Assembly: GCA_963924565.1 (NCBI GenBank)
Contig: OZ004610.1
Coordinates: 29,512,001 to 29,576,000 of the forward strand
Source of the DNA: Ascidiella aspersa
Lineage: Eukaryota
DNA: 64,000 nt
Reading direction: 5' to 3'
Shown here: positions 1 through 50,090 of the stretch, in pieces
Position numbering within the stretch: position 1 is the stretch's first letter
How the letters are laid out: each line of letters opens with the position of its first letter
The notes under the pieces: model-generated
Told to the model about the DNA's origin: nothing
What the model saw: only the letters and a program-made list of their open reading frames with translations
Database searches by the model: none
Program-made: the position numbers and the translations under genes

Positions 1-8557
<8,557 letters not shown>

Positions 8558-8720
8558 GGTGAAGTGTCTAGCAGATACTGATAATAAAAAGTTTGTTTCG
8601 CTAGTGGCAAATATATTTATAACAATGTCTGCATTGATTAGCTGGCTCATTTGTTACATTAATCAGAGGTCATTCATTTCTACAGCTCTAAAAGCAAACA
8701 ATTAAATACAAGTTACTTAC

Positions 8721-8925
8721 CCTGTATGAGAGCAAAGTCAGATTTATCAAAGTTAGATGACTGGGATGTCGAGCCAACTGATGATCTAGAACCGTTAGCA
8801 TCTCTCTTTTATACGCGCTCGTCAATTATCGCCAAACGCTTTTTTTGCACTGCTTAAAACAGTTGCGCTATTAGCACCTTATTAGATCTGCGGCGGCTGT
8901 TTATGTCGTCACCTTAAGTCACAAT
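8721..8925 (-). promoter_or_regulatory. Non-coding exon 1 and proximal promoter of myosin A
   Basis: Donor GTAAG at 8716-8720 (minus). Inr-like TCATCAGTT 8776-8784, TATAAAA 8807-8813, E-box 8860-8865, T-box-like AGGTGCTA 8872-8879, and TGTCGTCACCTTA block 8904-8916 shared with promoters B and C. Confidence 0.8.
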
Positions 8926-10732
8926 AGCCCGCAATTACAACGCTTGACATATATTGTTGCAAAACCTACACCTTTTGCGTATGAGACATTATGCTACACA
9001 GTTTTTATTATGATTGTTTAAATTCGTCTGATTACGGTAATATTTATGGTTTTCATGTACATAAAGCAAGTTATTGTTTAACAAGTTGTAAATGTTGAAA
9101 AGCTTATAGTCATTTTCTAACAATGTTGTTAACAATAGAATTATGCGTTGTGTGGCTAAAACATATAACTTGCAAACATTTTACAGTAAATTACTTCTAG
9201 ATTCGTTCTATTTTCATTTTTATATATATTAGCATCTTATTGTGGCTTTTGGGCAAATAAAATTTGGTCGCGAACTAAAAAGGTTAAGAAGCACTTAATT
9301 ACCTCACTTTGTAGCTATAAGTATTTTATTATTGTAACCCTAATTATGCATATATTACTTATTTGTTAAATCAAACTATGTTTTTTGCCATTATTAGCTA
9401 ATGTAATTTTTTGCAGTTTGTGCAAACTTTTTGTTTTAGTATATGTTTTTCCTGTTTTAAGGGTCTTTGTAGCCACCATCGCGCATACTTCTAAATTAAA
9501 AGTTTTGCCAATTTAAACCCAATAAACGCACTTTCTTGCCGCGATTAAACTGGATTTCAGCTGCATAGTTGCGCACGAGTTCGTTAGAAAATAACAGGGT
9601 GTGATTTCAGATGTTTTATGACTCCACGTTAAGACGTCTTTGCAAAAATATTGATTTTATTTGGTTTAAACCGCTTTTGGGAGATTTTCTAAGAACGGCC
9701 ACAAACATATTGAAGCATGATAGTAGTTAGATAAATGGAATGTACCAAAGTTTAGCAAAAAAGTATAGTGTAGCGTGTGGACATGGCCTGGTTGCCGTTG
9801 GATCTACCCCTGTTTGTGTCTTTGTTTAAAAAATTAAAAAAAAAAATTGTAGCCCCTACAACAGACTGCTCCGTATACTCCCGCGTGTCAAAATTCCCCA
9901 CATGTTAATCCACTTAATGCGACTATTTATATTCAAGGTATGAATTTAAAACGGATTCACGAGCTAAAAGCGTTTGCCGCCCAATAACAGGTCTGACACT
10001 AGATTGTTGTAGTCTACGCTATCTTACACTGAAATTATTATACACTAATGACTAAACTATGCGCTTTGTTTTTTTGCCAATCATTTTAGCACTTGCGTGG
10101 TCGCGCATACACAAATAAGTCCTCACTTATTTGAAATGGAACACCAAAAAAATTTCCTAAATAAAAACGTGCGGATGGAAAATTTTAAGGTTGAAAAGCA
10201 CTGGGTTGGATGAATGATATTTAGTACTAGAGTGTTTTTACAGTTTCGATGAAAATTTGCAACCTTTGTCCTCAGTTTTTCCTCCATGAGCTTCTTGCTT
10301 TAAGTTAGTTTCTTGTATATTCATCTTGCTGGTTACAACCTAGCAAACCTTTATTTGTTTGTAAAACATTATGAGTTTAGTGGTATAAAGCGTTTGCTGC
10401 AGGTAAATTATTATGAACATTTAATATCATTGCTGTTATCACATGTGTATGTGTTTTGTTATTTGCGTCTATTGCATTCTTACCACAAAGTTAAAATCCA
10501 TGGAAAATTAAAACGTAAATTTTGCCAAATCGTGGTTCCCCGTGGTCTGCATGTAGTGGACCATGGCATCCTAACTAATATTCAGTCAAAATTAACAACA
10601 TACCGGTACATTCCAAAACGCGCATTTTGTGAATCTCATTTAAATTTAAAAAAGTTAAATAATTCTTTTTGATTAACATTAAATCTTTTTTGCCCTTTCT
10701 TTATTTCCCAAACGCCCTGACACTTTGTAACA

Positions 10733-11348
10733 CAGTGGTTCCCAAACTGTGGTACGCCTACCACCGATGGTACGCGAGATACTTTTAGGTGGTACGCGAC
10801 TAACTGCAGCATACGTATAAATTTGCGAAAACTGAAACTTTCAGGATTGGGTAATTTCTAATGTCGTTTAAGTTCCCTGTGGTTTCGCACGTTTGTGATG
10901 TAACACTTATCTTGTTCAAGATAATAAAACGCTAATTGTTAGCTGGTTTAATATGTATTTAATAATAATGAACTGATAGCAGCAGTGTAGTATTGTCGTA
11001 TGTATATTGATATTTCAATGATATTGAGCTTCTGTAATTTCTTCTAAAATAGAGGAATAATGAGAGGACTAAATTTTTTTTAAGAATTTAGGAACATGTC
11101 TAAGCTAAAGTACAGTCAGGCTTACATAAAGTACGGGTTTGTAGCTATTGATAACAAAGGAGAAGCTCTTCCGCAATGTTTAGTTTGTGTGAAATATGTT
11201 ATCATCATGCTTGAACCGAGTGACCGAACTAGTAAATTTCGTCAAATCTTCTGCCTTTAATACTCGGTTGTTTAAACGTCTTTGTGAGAATCTCAGTTCA
11301 AATTACACCTGTTTTCTCTATTACACAGAGGTGCGCTGGCTCTCACGT
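10733..11348 (+). mobile_element. Internally deleted hAT (Buster/Charlie-type) DNA transposon remnant
   Basis: Left TIR CAGTGGTTCCCAAACT at 10733, preceded by 8-mer TTGTAACA (NNNTANNN). From ATG 11096: MSKLKYSQAYIKYGFVAIDNKGEALPQCLVCVK (BED-finger start), joined out of frame to CLNRVTELVNFVKSSAFNTRLFKRLCENLSSNYTCFLYYTEVRWLSR (Buster-type EVRWLSR motif). No right TIR found. Confidence 0.88.
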
Positions 11349-12611
11349 CCATCGCATTAAAACAATTGCTGCGTTTTGTATAATGTATGGCTTTTATGTC
11401 TTCCTGGAATGACATTTGTGAAACTTGATTACACCTACGCCATAACGTAGGCATATGGTTTTTACAAAAGTTATATAAAATTGTAGTTTTTCCTAGGCTT
11501 GAATTAAAATGAATATAGTTAGACTCTTTTTCTGAACATTAGTAACAAAGTGCCTGTTTAGTGACGTATTTTTGAAATATATTTTAGCACTAATACTGGC
11601 TAATTTGGCTGAATTGACTATTTTATTTTATCAAGAGAGACTAAAAAGTTTTCATGTGGAACTATTTAAGATCTATATGGCCTATTTTTTATTTGGTATC
11701 AATACACTATTCATAAAATATGACGTTTGATCGGCATCCATTTGGTTTTACATAGTTTTTGTTAGGACAAATGTTTTATGAAGGCCAATTCCCACGTCAT
11801 AACTTGGCCTGGCCGACTTGGTCCAATTAAGTTTTATGTTATCCTAATAATGTTCTTTAAAGTGAGATCAATCTCTAGTACTTATAAGCATTTTAAAATT
11901 TTGAATCAAGAAGAAATCAAAATGATATTTTTTACGAGATTTGTTTTAGTTACTGGCATTTTTTTCTTTATGTTTCAAGAAAAAATATTTTTTGTAATTA
12001 ATTTGAGATAACAAGGTTTATGTATTTTTTCATCAAGGATGAGACTCCGATGTCTGTTTACAGATTTATGTTGGCTTAAGTTGTCTACAACGCTAGGGTA
12101 TTTATTATTCGTATTATAATAAAAATAACTCAAAGAAGAGTCGGCTAATATATAAATTTTTATTTCAGTTTATTCTCATTTGCTTCGGCTTTGTTTAATG
12201 TTAGCTAAAAGGCCAGATTTAGTTTGGTTGAATAGTCCATTTTGCTTCTTTTACTACGAAGATGCTCACTCTATTACTGATATTATACAAGAATGGAGAA
12301 AATGGTATATAAGACGACGTATGTATTGAACGAAGTGTGTTTTTTTGGAACATAATGGTGATCTAATTTTTGTTTGATTCAACTTACATCGTAGAGTATT
12401 GTAGTTGGTATTTCATGGATCTGTTTCGTGTACACATTTTATTAATCGTTTTCGAATAACTTGAGAGTCTCATATCGTTTGGTTTTTATAGTAAGCATCC
12501 TCCCGTCTTGTCTAAACTTCACCCACTATTTTTTCTAGATGCTGTGCTAAATTCTCTACATGCTTTTCAACCAAAATCATATTTTGTAACTGCCAAGCAG
12601 ACAGATCAGAT

Positions 12612-12617
12612 TTTATT
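12612..12617 (-). terminator. Polyadenylation signal of myosin B
   Basis: AATAAA on the minus strand about 80 nt after the stop codon at 12698-12700. Confidence 0.7.
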
Positions 12618-12697
12618 GAATATTTTTTTTTTAAATGGTCGAATTTGAAATAAATAAAAGGTAGGACGTCTGATCCAGTTCTGTAGTGAAGAGCAGT

Positions 12698-22779
<10,082 letters not shown>

Positions 22780-22936
22780 GGTAAAATATCTCGTAGATTC
22801 TGATAATAAAACAAGTTTGATTCGCTAGCGTGCAAATATATTTATAATTATATATACATGTTCTTGCTTACTATTAGCTTGCGTTCTTGTTACGCTAATA
22901 AGAGGTTAATCAAACAGTCAAATGCAAGTGACTTAC

Positions 22937-23145
22937 CCTTTATAGGAGCAAAGTCAGATATATCAAAGTTAGATGACTGAGATGTCGAGCTAACTGATGA
23001 TCTAGAACCGTGTGCATCTCTCTTTTAAACACGCTCGTCAATTATCGCCCAGCGCATTTTTTTGCACTGCTCGAAACAGTTGCGCTATTAGCACCTGATT
23101 AGATCGTCGGCGGCTGTTTATGTCGTCACCTTAGGTCACAATGGC
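22937..23145 (-). promoter_or_regulatory. Non-coding exon 1 and proximal promoter of myosin B
   Basis: Alignable with the A promoter. E-box 23077-23082, AGGTGCTA 23089-23096, TGTCGTCACCTTA 23121-23133. The TATA position reads TTTAAAA (23023-23029). Confidence 0.78.
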
Positions 23146-26100
23146 CCGCAGATGCAACGCTTGACATGTCTTAGTACAAAAAAAAAACTGTGCGTGTGAG
23201 ACCTGATGATTCGCGGGTTATGTCTCGTTGGTACGTCGTTTAAATTTTCCATGGGCTTCGCATAATATAATCAGTCCTTTACGTATATCTAAACTTAATT
23301 GCGGTAATGGAAAGCTTGTAGTATAGTATTAGTATCCCATGCTAAGTGCATTCAGAATCATTGTGACAAAGATCTGCGACAGTTTATGAGGATTTTTTGA
23401 TAGAACATATAAATCAATAAATAAATCACGAAAAATAAATTATTCGACAAAAAGTCTAATCGCAGATCCTAAAAAACTTTTCAGAAGAACCTCTGGTTTA
23501 CTGAAACATTATATACGTATAGAACGCTTTACAATGTACGATGCGCTTCTTTAAAATTGTTTTTGCAGTTGCGCAAGCGTGTGTCATAAACGGTTTAACG
23601 AAATAATTATAGTCTTAACGTTAAAAATTGTATGTCAACGAAGTCAGCTCAGTAGGTCTGACAGCAACCAATTTCTTTTCAGCGCACTCGCCAGTTAAGT
23701 TAGTTAATCAGCACTCCCGGAGCAAATTGTATTCACATTGAAGGGCAGGCGAGTGCAAAATCTTAACCCAACCAATCCCTCGATTGTTGGTCGCAAATGA
23801 CTGCAAAAATACACAAAAAATCGATCTTTTTTAATTTTATAGCTGTAAATGTGCTACTTGTAAACTGAGAGATATGAATGACGGTGGTATAGATTTTTCG
23901 CGCAAAGCACGTACGAGTTTATCCTAAATAAATAAAATAGGTTGAATAGTTGTTTTTGACTACTAGAACTGCATGGGCCGTTATACTCTCAAATGTTGTG
24001 TTAAATGTAAGACGTGCTAAATTCGCTTGAAGCACAAATAGCCCGTTTATGGAAATTGATTTGGCAAACTTTTATTTGAGATACCGCCGTCCGCCATGCT
24101 ACGCGCGCCCTCAGTAAATCATACTAAAATTGGTAAAAAATACCTGCATTTCCGTAGTTATACAGGCAAAACATATAGTTTAGGGGGACAGGTTTGGAAC
24201 CGCCCCTAGTATAAGGTAATGAAGCCTATACGTTTGTTCCTACATACTTGGTGTGCCTTACTAACGTTCATAATAAACATTTTCGTTAAAAAATGTGCTA
24301 TTATGGCGGCGCTGATGCATCGTCAAATTACAAAAAAAGCAAGATAAAGTTTTACTGAAAATAAGGAACAGGCTGAATTACATTGCTTGACAGGACGGCC
24401 TGCCACCGTACTTTGTTCAAATCTGTCGTATGCCATTCGACTCTATATGGGACGACTGGGACGTATTTCGTTATACGATGTAATTGCGTAAATTTCAATG
24501 TTACTGCGTAAATTTAACTTATTAATTACGCAAAAAACGAGATTATTAGTTGACAAATTACGGATAAAATATTCATAGTTAAGAGAAACGACATACTTTC
24601 TTGTATCACCTAATAAGCACTCCATCAATAAGTAGTCGGGCAAATGCTACAACATGTATAGAGTTGCATATATTTAATCCAAATTTTACTTCTCGGAATT
24701 ACTGAAACCGTTGCATTTTTCCCCTTTTTAATGGGCTGACTATTTACTATGTTATTTTACTCTTTAATAAAACAACGCTGGGATATAGTCGTAGCGTTCG
24801 CGTCCTCGCATTTATTCGCCCTGTGTTCTGCTAAGAAAGACGTGATTCTGTAATGCTAGAAATTATTCCATAGTACAGTAGCACCTTTACTAATGCCAAA
24901 TTTCGCAAATTTAATAAAATAAGATTACTAAAAAAGCTTCTAGCTAAAGTGTTTTCTTTTGTGCAATTGCCAAGGGGTCATGTTAAAAACATGCAACGGA
25001 ACTGAGTAGATTCGAACAGCGCACATATTACACAATGTCCTAATTTAAGGCCAATTTTTACCTCCCGTCTAAATAAAAAGCATTTTCGTGGTCCTGAAAA
25101 ACAAAAGGGAAAGGGAAATGAATCATTTATCCATATTGCAGAAAACTTATTGTTTTGTACTTGTCTGCACCATAAAAACTTACACAATCTCCTTATCAAC
25201 ACAAAGGAGTAAAATATGTGTAACTGTATGTGTTTCTGACGTGTTATAATATAAAAAAATGTTAAATTAAAGTTGGTACCCAAATAAGTTATTGGCCCTA
25301 TTTTGATGTGGTCCGTTTTTTTGACATAGTTCCTTTAACGATTATACAAATCAAGTTAGTTGGGGCTTTGGAAGATAATATTTATATGATAACATGAAAA
25401 TATTTGAACACTGGCCAAAGGACAGTTACCGATTCAATCCTGTGGCTGTAATGCTTTATTAACAGCTTTTTTAAATAGTAAATATGGTTATATATTATGT
25501 ATTAAGGAATTTGAAGTTTGTTAAAAAAATTAAATGATTCCTCAAGAATAGTAATCTTTCTTGATGAATTTATTTTTTACTGTATTTCACTCTACGGTGT
25601 AAAAGAGCTAAGTACCGATCATTTGTTTCGCCATAAAGGTAGGGCAAACAGTAAATTAGCAATCTTGTGGTCATTTGCAAAGTCGTGCAATAAATGATTG
25701 TGTAATAGCGATAATGGATTCATGCGTAATACCACAATGGATAAAATGTGTACTAAAGATAGTAGCAGTTATCTTTTGTTTTGCGTTAAAAATGACCAAA
25801 CGGTTGGCCAACTAGGAGTTTATTGGAATTGGTCCGTAATAATCGTACATTGGAAGTTAATGATTTATGTAAAGCAAAAGTTCTTGGATACAAGAGTTAT
25901 GTTTAAGTATAGTTTGTTTTTTAGTGGTTCTAGGTTTTAATTTGCGTTTTGGTTTGCTTCGTTGTATCCTATATATTTTTTGTGTTTTTAATACTGATAT
26001 TTCTCTATTAGAGAAAAAAGTATTCTTAACTTTGATTTTTGGGTGGCGTATCGTAACAGAAAACTGACGCTTTGTCGGTTGGTCAACGAGCAGTTACTTA

Positions 26101-26589
26101 AATATTATTATTGCCGGTAATCGTAATTAGAAAAATAGGCCTTTTGATTCAATTTCTGATTTGAAACGATTTAACGATTCTTATATCTTTCTGGAAAACA
26201 TAACAAAGCCTGAACGTAGAAAACCATTACCCAGTAGGGCATAACCTAAAACAAAATTAAATAATTTCTATTTTAATCGCTATATAATTAATAAAATGCT
26301 AAACAACCCACTACTACTATGAACTACGATGATTGTTATAGGGAACAAGGTTGTCAAATTTTGTGCTAATTTCGTTTTAAATTAATTTTTGATAATTAAC
26401 CTATATTGATTTTCTTTTTCTTTTTTCTGATCCTATTTGGAATGCTTCTGTATTGTCTTACCACTAAACATGAACTTATATGCTGCGGCATTGAACCTAT
26501 CATAAACTTATCTGCCTCAAATAATAATAAAATTACCTGATACAACACAAACATTCAAGGATGTTTTAACTGCACAACAGGCAGGCTAT

Positions 26590-26595
26590 TTTATT
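26590..26595 (-). terminator. Polyadenylation signal of myosin C
   Basis: AATAAA on the minus strand about 95 nt after the stop codon at 26689-26691. Confidence 0.7.
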
Positions 26596-26688
26596 GCAAT
26601 AAATAATAATTTAGATTTTTCACGTTAAATACGGAAAGTCGAATTAAAATACAGATGTGACTGATTAAGTTCATCTTGTCGAGCTGGT

Positions 26689-36593
<9,905 letters not shown>

Positions 36594-36881
36594 GGTGAAG
36601 AGTTAAAGTTATCTGTTTAAATATAACAGAAACACGATAAAGGATTTTTCCAAAGCCTAATTCTATCCATATTTCCCGCATGCTTATACAACCGAAGAGA
36701 CATATTTAAAATCTTACATAAAATGCGCTACAAAATAGAATGTTTTGTGGCCCACATCGGTTGGTAATCACTTTTATTATGTTTTAATTTATACCAAACC
36801 TACTTTAATTTAGTACCAACCGAAAAATCAGGTTTATTCTTTTCAAAGCGTTTACAAGGGGCACCGCAGAGTCAGTCTTAC

Positions 36882-37085
36882 CTTTGTGAATGAAGTAAAT
36901 CCGAAAGGCTGACTGTTTGTCAAGCTGACTGATGATCAGAAACCTTCCGCAACCGCGTTATATACCCCTTCGCAAGTTATCACACCCGGCAAACTTTTTC
37001 ATGCCACTGAACAGCAGTTGCGTTATTTTTAGCACCTCGCCGAATAATCGTCGGCTGTCCTTGTCGTCACCTTACGTCACAATGC
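36882..37085 (-). promoter_or_regulatory. Non-coding exon 1 and proximal promoter of myosin C
   Basis: Donor at 36877-36881. Inr-like TCATCAGT 36928-36935, TATATAA 36958-36964, E-box 37015-37020, MEF2-consensus TTATTTTTAG 37023-37032 overlapping T-box-like 37030-37037, TGTCGTCACCTTACGTCA 37062-37079. Confidence 0.8.
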
Positions 37086-38780
37086 CCGCGAATGTTGCGT
37101 CGATGCCTACTCGCGGCTTAGTGTTGCCAATGTCGTGTTTGGCTCACGAGAATTTTGTAAGACTTCAAGTTGCCTTCACCAACATTAGAAATATAACTTA
37201 ATATAACATATCAAAACTGTTGTACATAATGTATAACTCACACCATGTTGTTGCATTTTATACGCATTACGACATTCTTGTTTTAAGCTGAATTTACTGC
37301 GCGTTAATTATCGGTTGTCATTATGACATTGTTGAGCTGCTCTTGGCATATTTTTTCAAAAAAAAACTACTTTTTTCTGGAAGTTGTGCGAGTTATGGTG
37401 CGCATCCCTAAACTATCGTATAATAGTATAAGTGTAAGGAGAAAATGTAAATCCGTCGCTTTCTGGGATTATGATTGAAAGCCCAAGTACAAGAATTCCG
37501 TTCTATTTGCGACTATAAGTCCGTTGATGGTTTTTACACGTGTTTCGTTTATTCCTTACACATTTTAATCTACATAAAATTATGTTACACTGTTTTTTAT
37601 TAAATTGGAAAAGTTCCTCTTTAAGTTATATTAGTATTGGTCGCCTTGGTTTGAAGACGCCAACATTGACTTTCTACACTACACATTTCTAAAGCGAAAC
37701 TTAAGCCCTTCAGATGATGTGCATCGCGGTCGCCGCAGCGAAATTCAATAACCGCGAGCTCACGTGGATTGCAGCCCATCGTTTGTCCAGTGCTGCGTAT
37801 TTTATTTGCGCGTGTCGCGCTTGGCATTTAAAATGTACATTTGTGCTTGTAATCGCGCGGCGCAAGTAATCAGTGCGAGCGCCGTGTCGATTGCGTTGCG
37901 GGGTAGCTTCAGGTTAAGCATTACCGATCCTTCATTTACAATTGTCACGTTGCAATTAAACAATCTAACTCCTAGGCTTAAAATGTGTTATAATATACCG
38001 GGGTCGTGAGTTTTAAAGTCTAGTCTTTCCTTGTTATGTTATTACAAGGAAATTTCCAATGCCTACTAAAAATTATATGATACACCACTGGTAAATTTGC
38101 GGTAACTGTTGTTCCACATGAATTTAGAAGGTTGGAATCATTGATATAAAAATGTACCTTGCGTATAGTAATAATATTTGCTGTTAAAATTTTAGTGACC
38201 TATTCAAATCGCCTTCTGAAGAGTGAATGACACCGCGTATAATCACGAGGAGCTATTTTTCTTTAGTGTTATCGGTCGTGGCAGTACATTGGGCCAGTTC
38301 CATTGTTAGACCATGGAAATCCTTTTTAGCAAAAGTCACCCGATACGAATAGGGTATTTTTTGGAACTGCTTTTTTTCGCGAAATTCAATTCCGACGTAG
38401 TTTAGTTTTCGCTTTAATAGCCTGAAAAATTCTAATTTTGTTTTTTCGCTAAAACCTGTTTAGTATAGGAACTGTATTGTTGTTGTATCCAGATATCCAT
38501 CATACACGTTAGACAGAAATTTAATACATCCTAATGACTCAATAGATTAATAAAATCAAATGTATATACATCAAATCGCAACTACACAAATCCCTTTTAA
38601 AAAGTTTGAGAAACACGCGGTTCCGCTAATGGCGAGTGCTGATAAAAAGTATTACCAATAATATTTCGATATGTAATTGTCCCCAGGTCTATTGCAAAAT
38701 GTTCACTGATTTACGACCATCTAAATAATGGACCCAAGTATTTTGGGCAGTTAAGAAGTCGTTTGTTACACACGGTTTTC

Positions 38781-38872
38781 ATTTTGGAGCATAATGGTTG
38801 GAGGTTGTAGTAAGACGTAATAAGAATATCAAAGCCCATACAGAAGTATGTATCATTTTGAACGTTTCGAAT
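38781..38872. repeat. Half copy of the palindromic repeat at 55.4-55.6 kb
   Basis: TTTTGGAGCATAATGGTTGGAGG...TAAGAATATCAAAGCCCATACAG...TATCATTTTGAACGTTTCGAA matches 55414-55498. Confidence 0.8.
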
Positions 38873-39019
38873 AAGCCTACTTTATTAATTTTCAATTTAT
38901 TTTCATTTTATTTTTCGGTTTTTGTTTTATTTTACAGATATCGTCGTTCATTTCTAGTTGTATCTTACCAATACCAGAATGTACCAAGGGGGCATCGCGA
39001 CGAACAGCAATGCCTTTGC

Positions 39020-39238
39020 AAGGTGTCGATTAAGACACGGTCGTTGTCGCACGCCGGCATTATGAGGTGACGATTGGTCAGCTGTCCGCGAGTAAAGAGG
39101 CGAAAGGACGCGAACCATCGCGAACCGTATAAAAGCGTCGGCCAGAGAAAGGTTCGACATCAGTTAGCTTCACTTGCAAGTCTAACCAACAGCTTTGTGT
39201 TTCTGCAATCTTCGCTGTACGTTCATATCGTCTACAAG
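39020..39238 (+). promoter_or_regulatory. Proximal promoter and non-coding exon 1 of myosin D
   Basis: AGGTGTCGA at 39021, AGGTGACGA 39066-39074, E-box CAGCTG 39079-39084, TATAAAA 39128-39134, Inr-like CATCAGTT 39158-39165, donor AG|GTAAGT at 39239. Confidence 0.82.
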
Positions 39239-39582
39239 GTAAGTTTTACGAATTGCGATAAATAAACTGGGGCCCTAATACAGCAGAACCATTGCTACCT
39301 TGTTAATAAAGTTCAAGTGCGTGAGTTTATAATGTAGCCCCTTTATCGTTAAACGAACCTAAGTCGATCTGCATTGCGAGACACAACCAAGCAAAAAACA
39401 AGCTAAATATTGTGTTATTTTGTTACCGTTTAGAATGTGCGTTTAAACACCCAGGTAACATAACCAGAGGCAAATTTTATACAATGTAGTATTGCGATAA
39501 GTAAAATTACCTCTTGCTGTCGACACAGAACCAATTATCGTTTTCCTTTCAATTTTCGTGAAGGTCCTTTGATCTTATCACC

Positions 39583-49367
<9,785 letters not shown>

Positions 49368-49662
49368 GTGAGGTGTCTAACTAGTGTAGGCCTAAGTGAT
49401 TATGATTTAGAAAATGTCGTAAGAGCTTTATTGCATATGTTATTACCCTCATCATAAGATTGATATATCTATTGGCCAAATCTATTTTTTTATACTTGTT
49501 TTTAGTGTGTTTTTTTTGCTATATTTCCCTAATCTGTTGTTATATTTATTTCAGGTTTACATTCGCTGAAACAACCCCATCGGGTCATGATACTTTGATC
49601 GACCTTGATTTTAAATTATTCTTCGTAATTCTGTTATTTAAATCGTGCTTTTGAAATGCAAA

Positions 49663-49668
49663 AATAAA
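49663..49668 (+). terminator. Polyadenylation signal of myosin D
   Basis: AATAAA about 110 nt into the non-coding terminal exon (acceptor TTTCAG ending at 49554). Confidence 0.7.
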
Positions 49669-49776
49669 AACCCGATCTGTCGTTGTTGACAGTGAAGAAA
49701 ACGTTTCCTGCTGAAACTTTAACATTAGAAAACTACCTCGAAAAAGGCGACAGACATATTAGAACATCAGATAATA

Positions 49777-50090
49777 AGTGGCGTAGCCAGCCGAAATTTT
49801 TTCTTTTGGTGGGGCAAAAAGTTTGAACTTTTTTGTTTAGCTTTTGCCATTATATTAATTGCACGAACACAAATAAATGTAACGAACACAAATAAATATG
49901 TTAGCAAACCGTTTCGAGCAGCAACGGACTAAGTGTTTATACTAAAAAACAATTCAAATAGCAAAAACTGACTAAAAGTAGTAAAACTACATTAACGTAT
50001 AGCAAACGTAATATTAACTACATCGTTTGTGACATCTTATGTTGTCGGCCCATCGACATATTTCGCTTAACTGGAAAGGCGTAATTTGTG
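49777..50090 (+). mobile_element. Possible decayed hAT-like DNA transposon fragment
   Basis: Terminus-like AGTGGCGTAGCCAG...TTTTGGTGGGGCAAA. Downstream broken reading HRL*HLMLSAHRHISLNW loosely resembles a hAT C-terminal dimerisation region. Confidence 0.35.
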
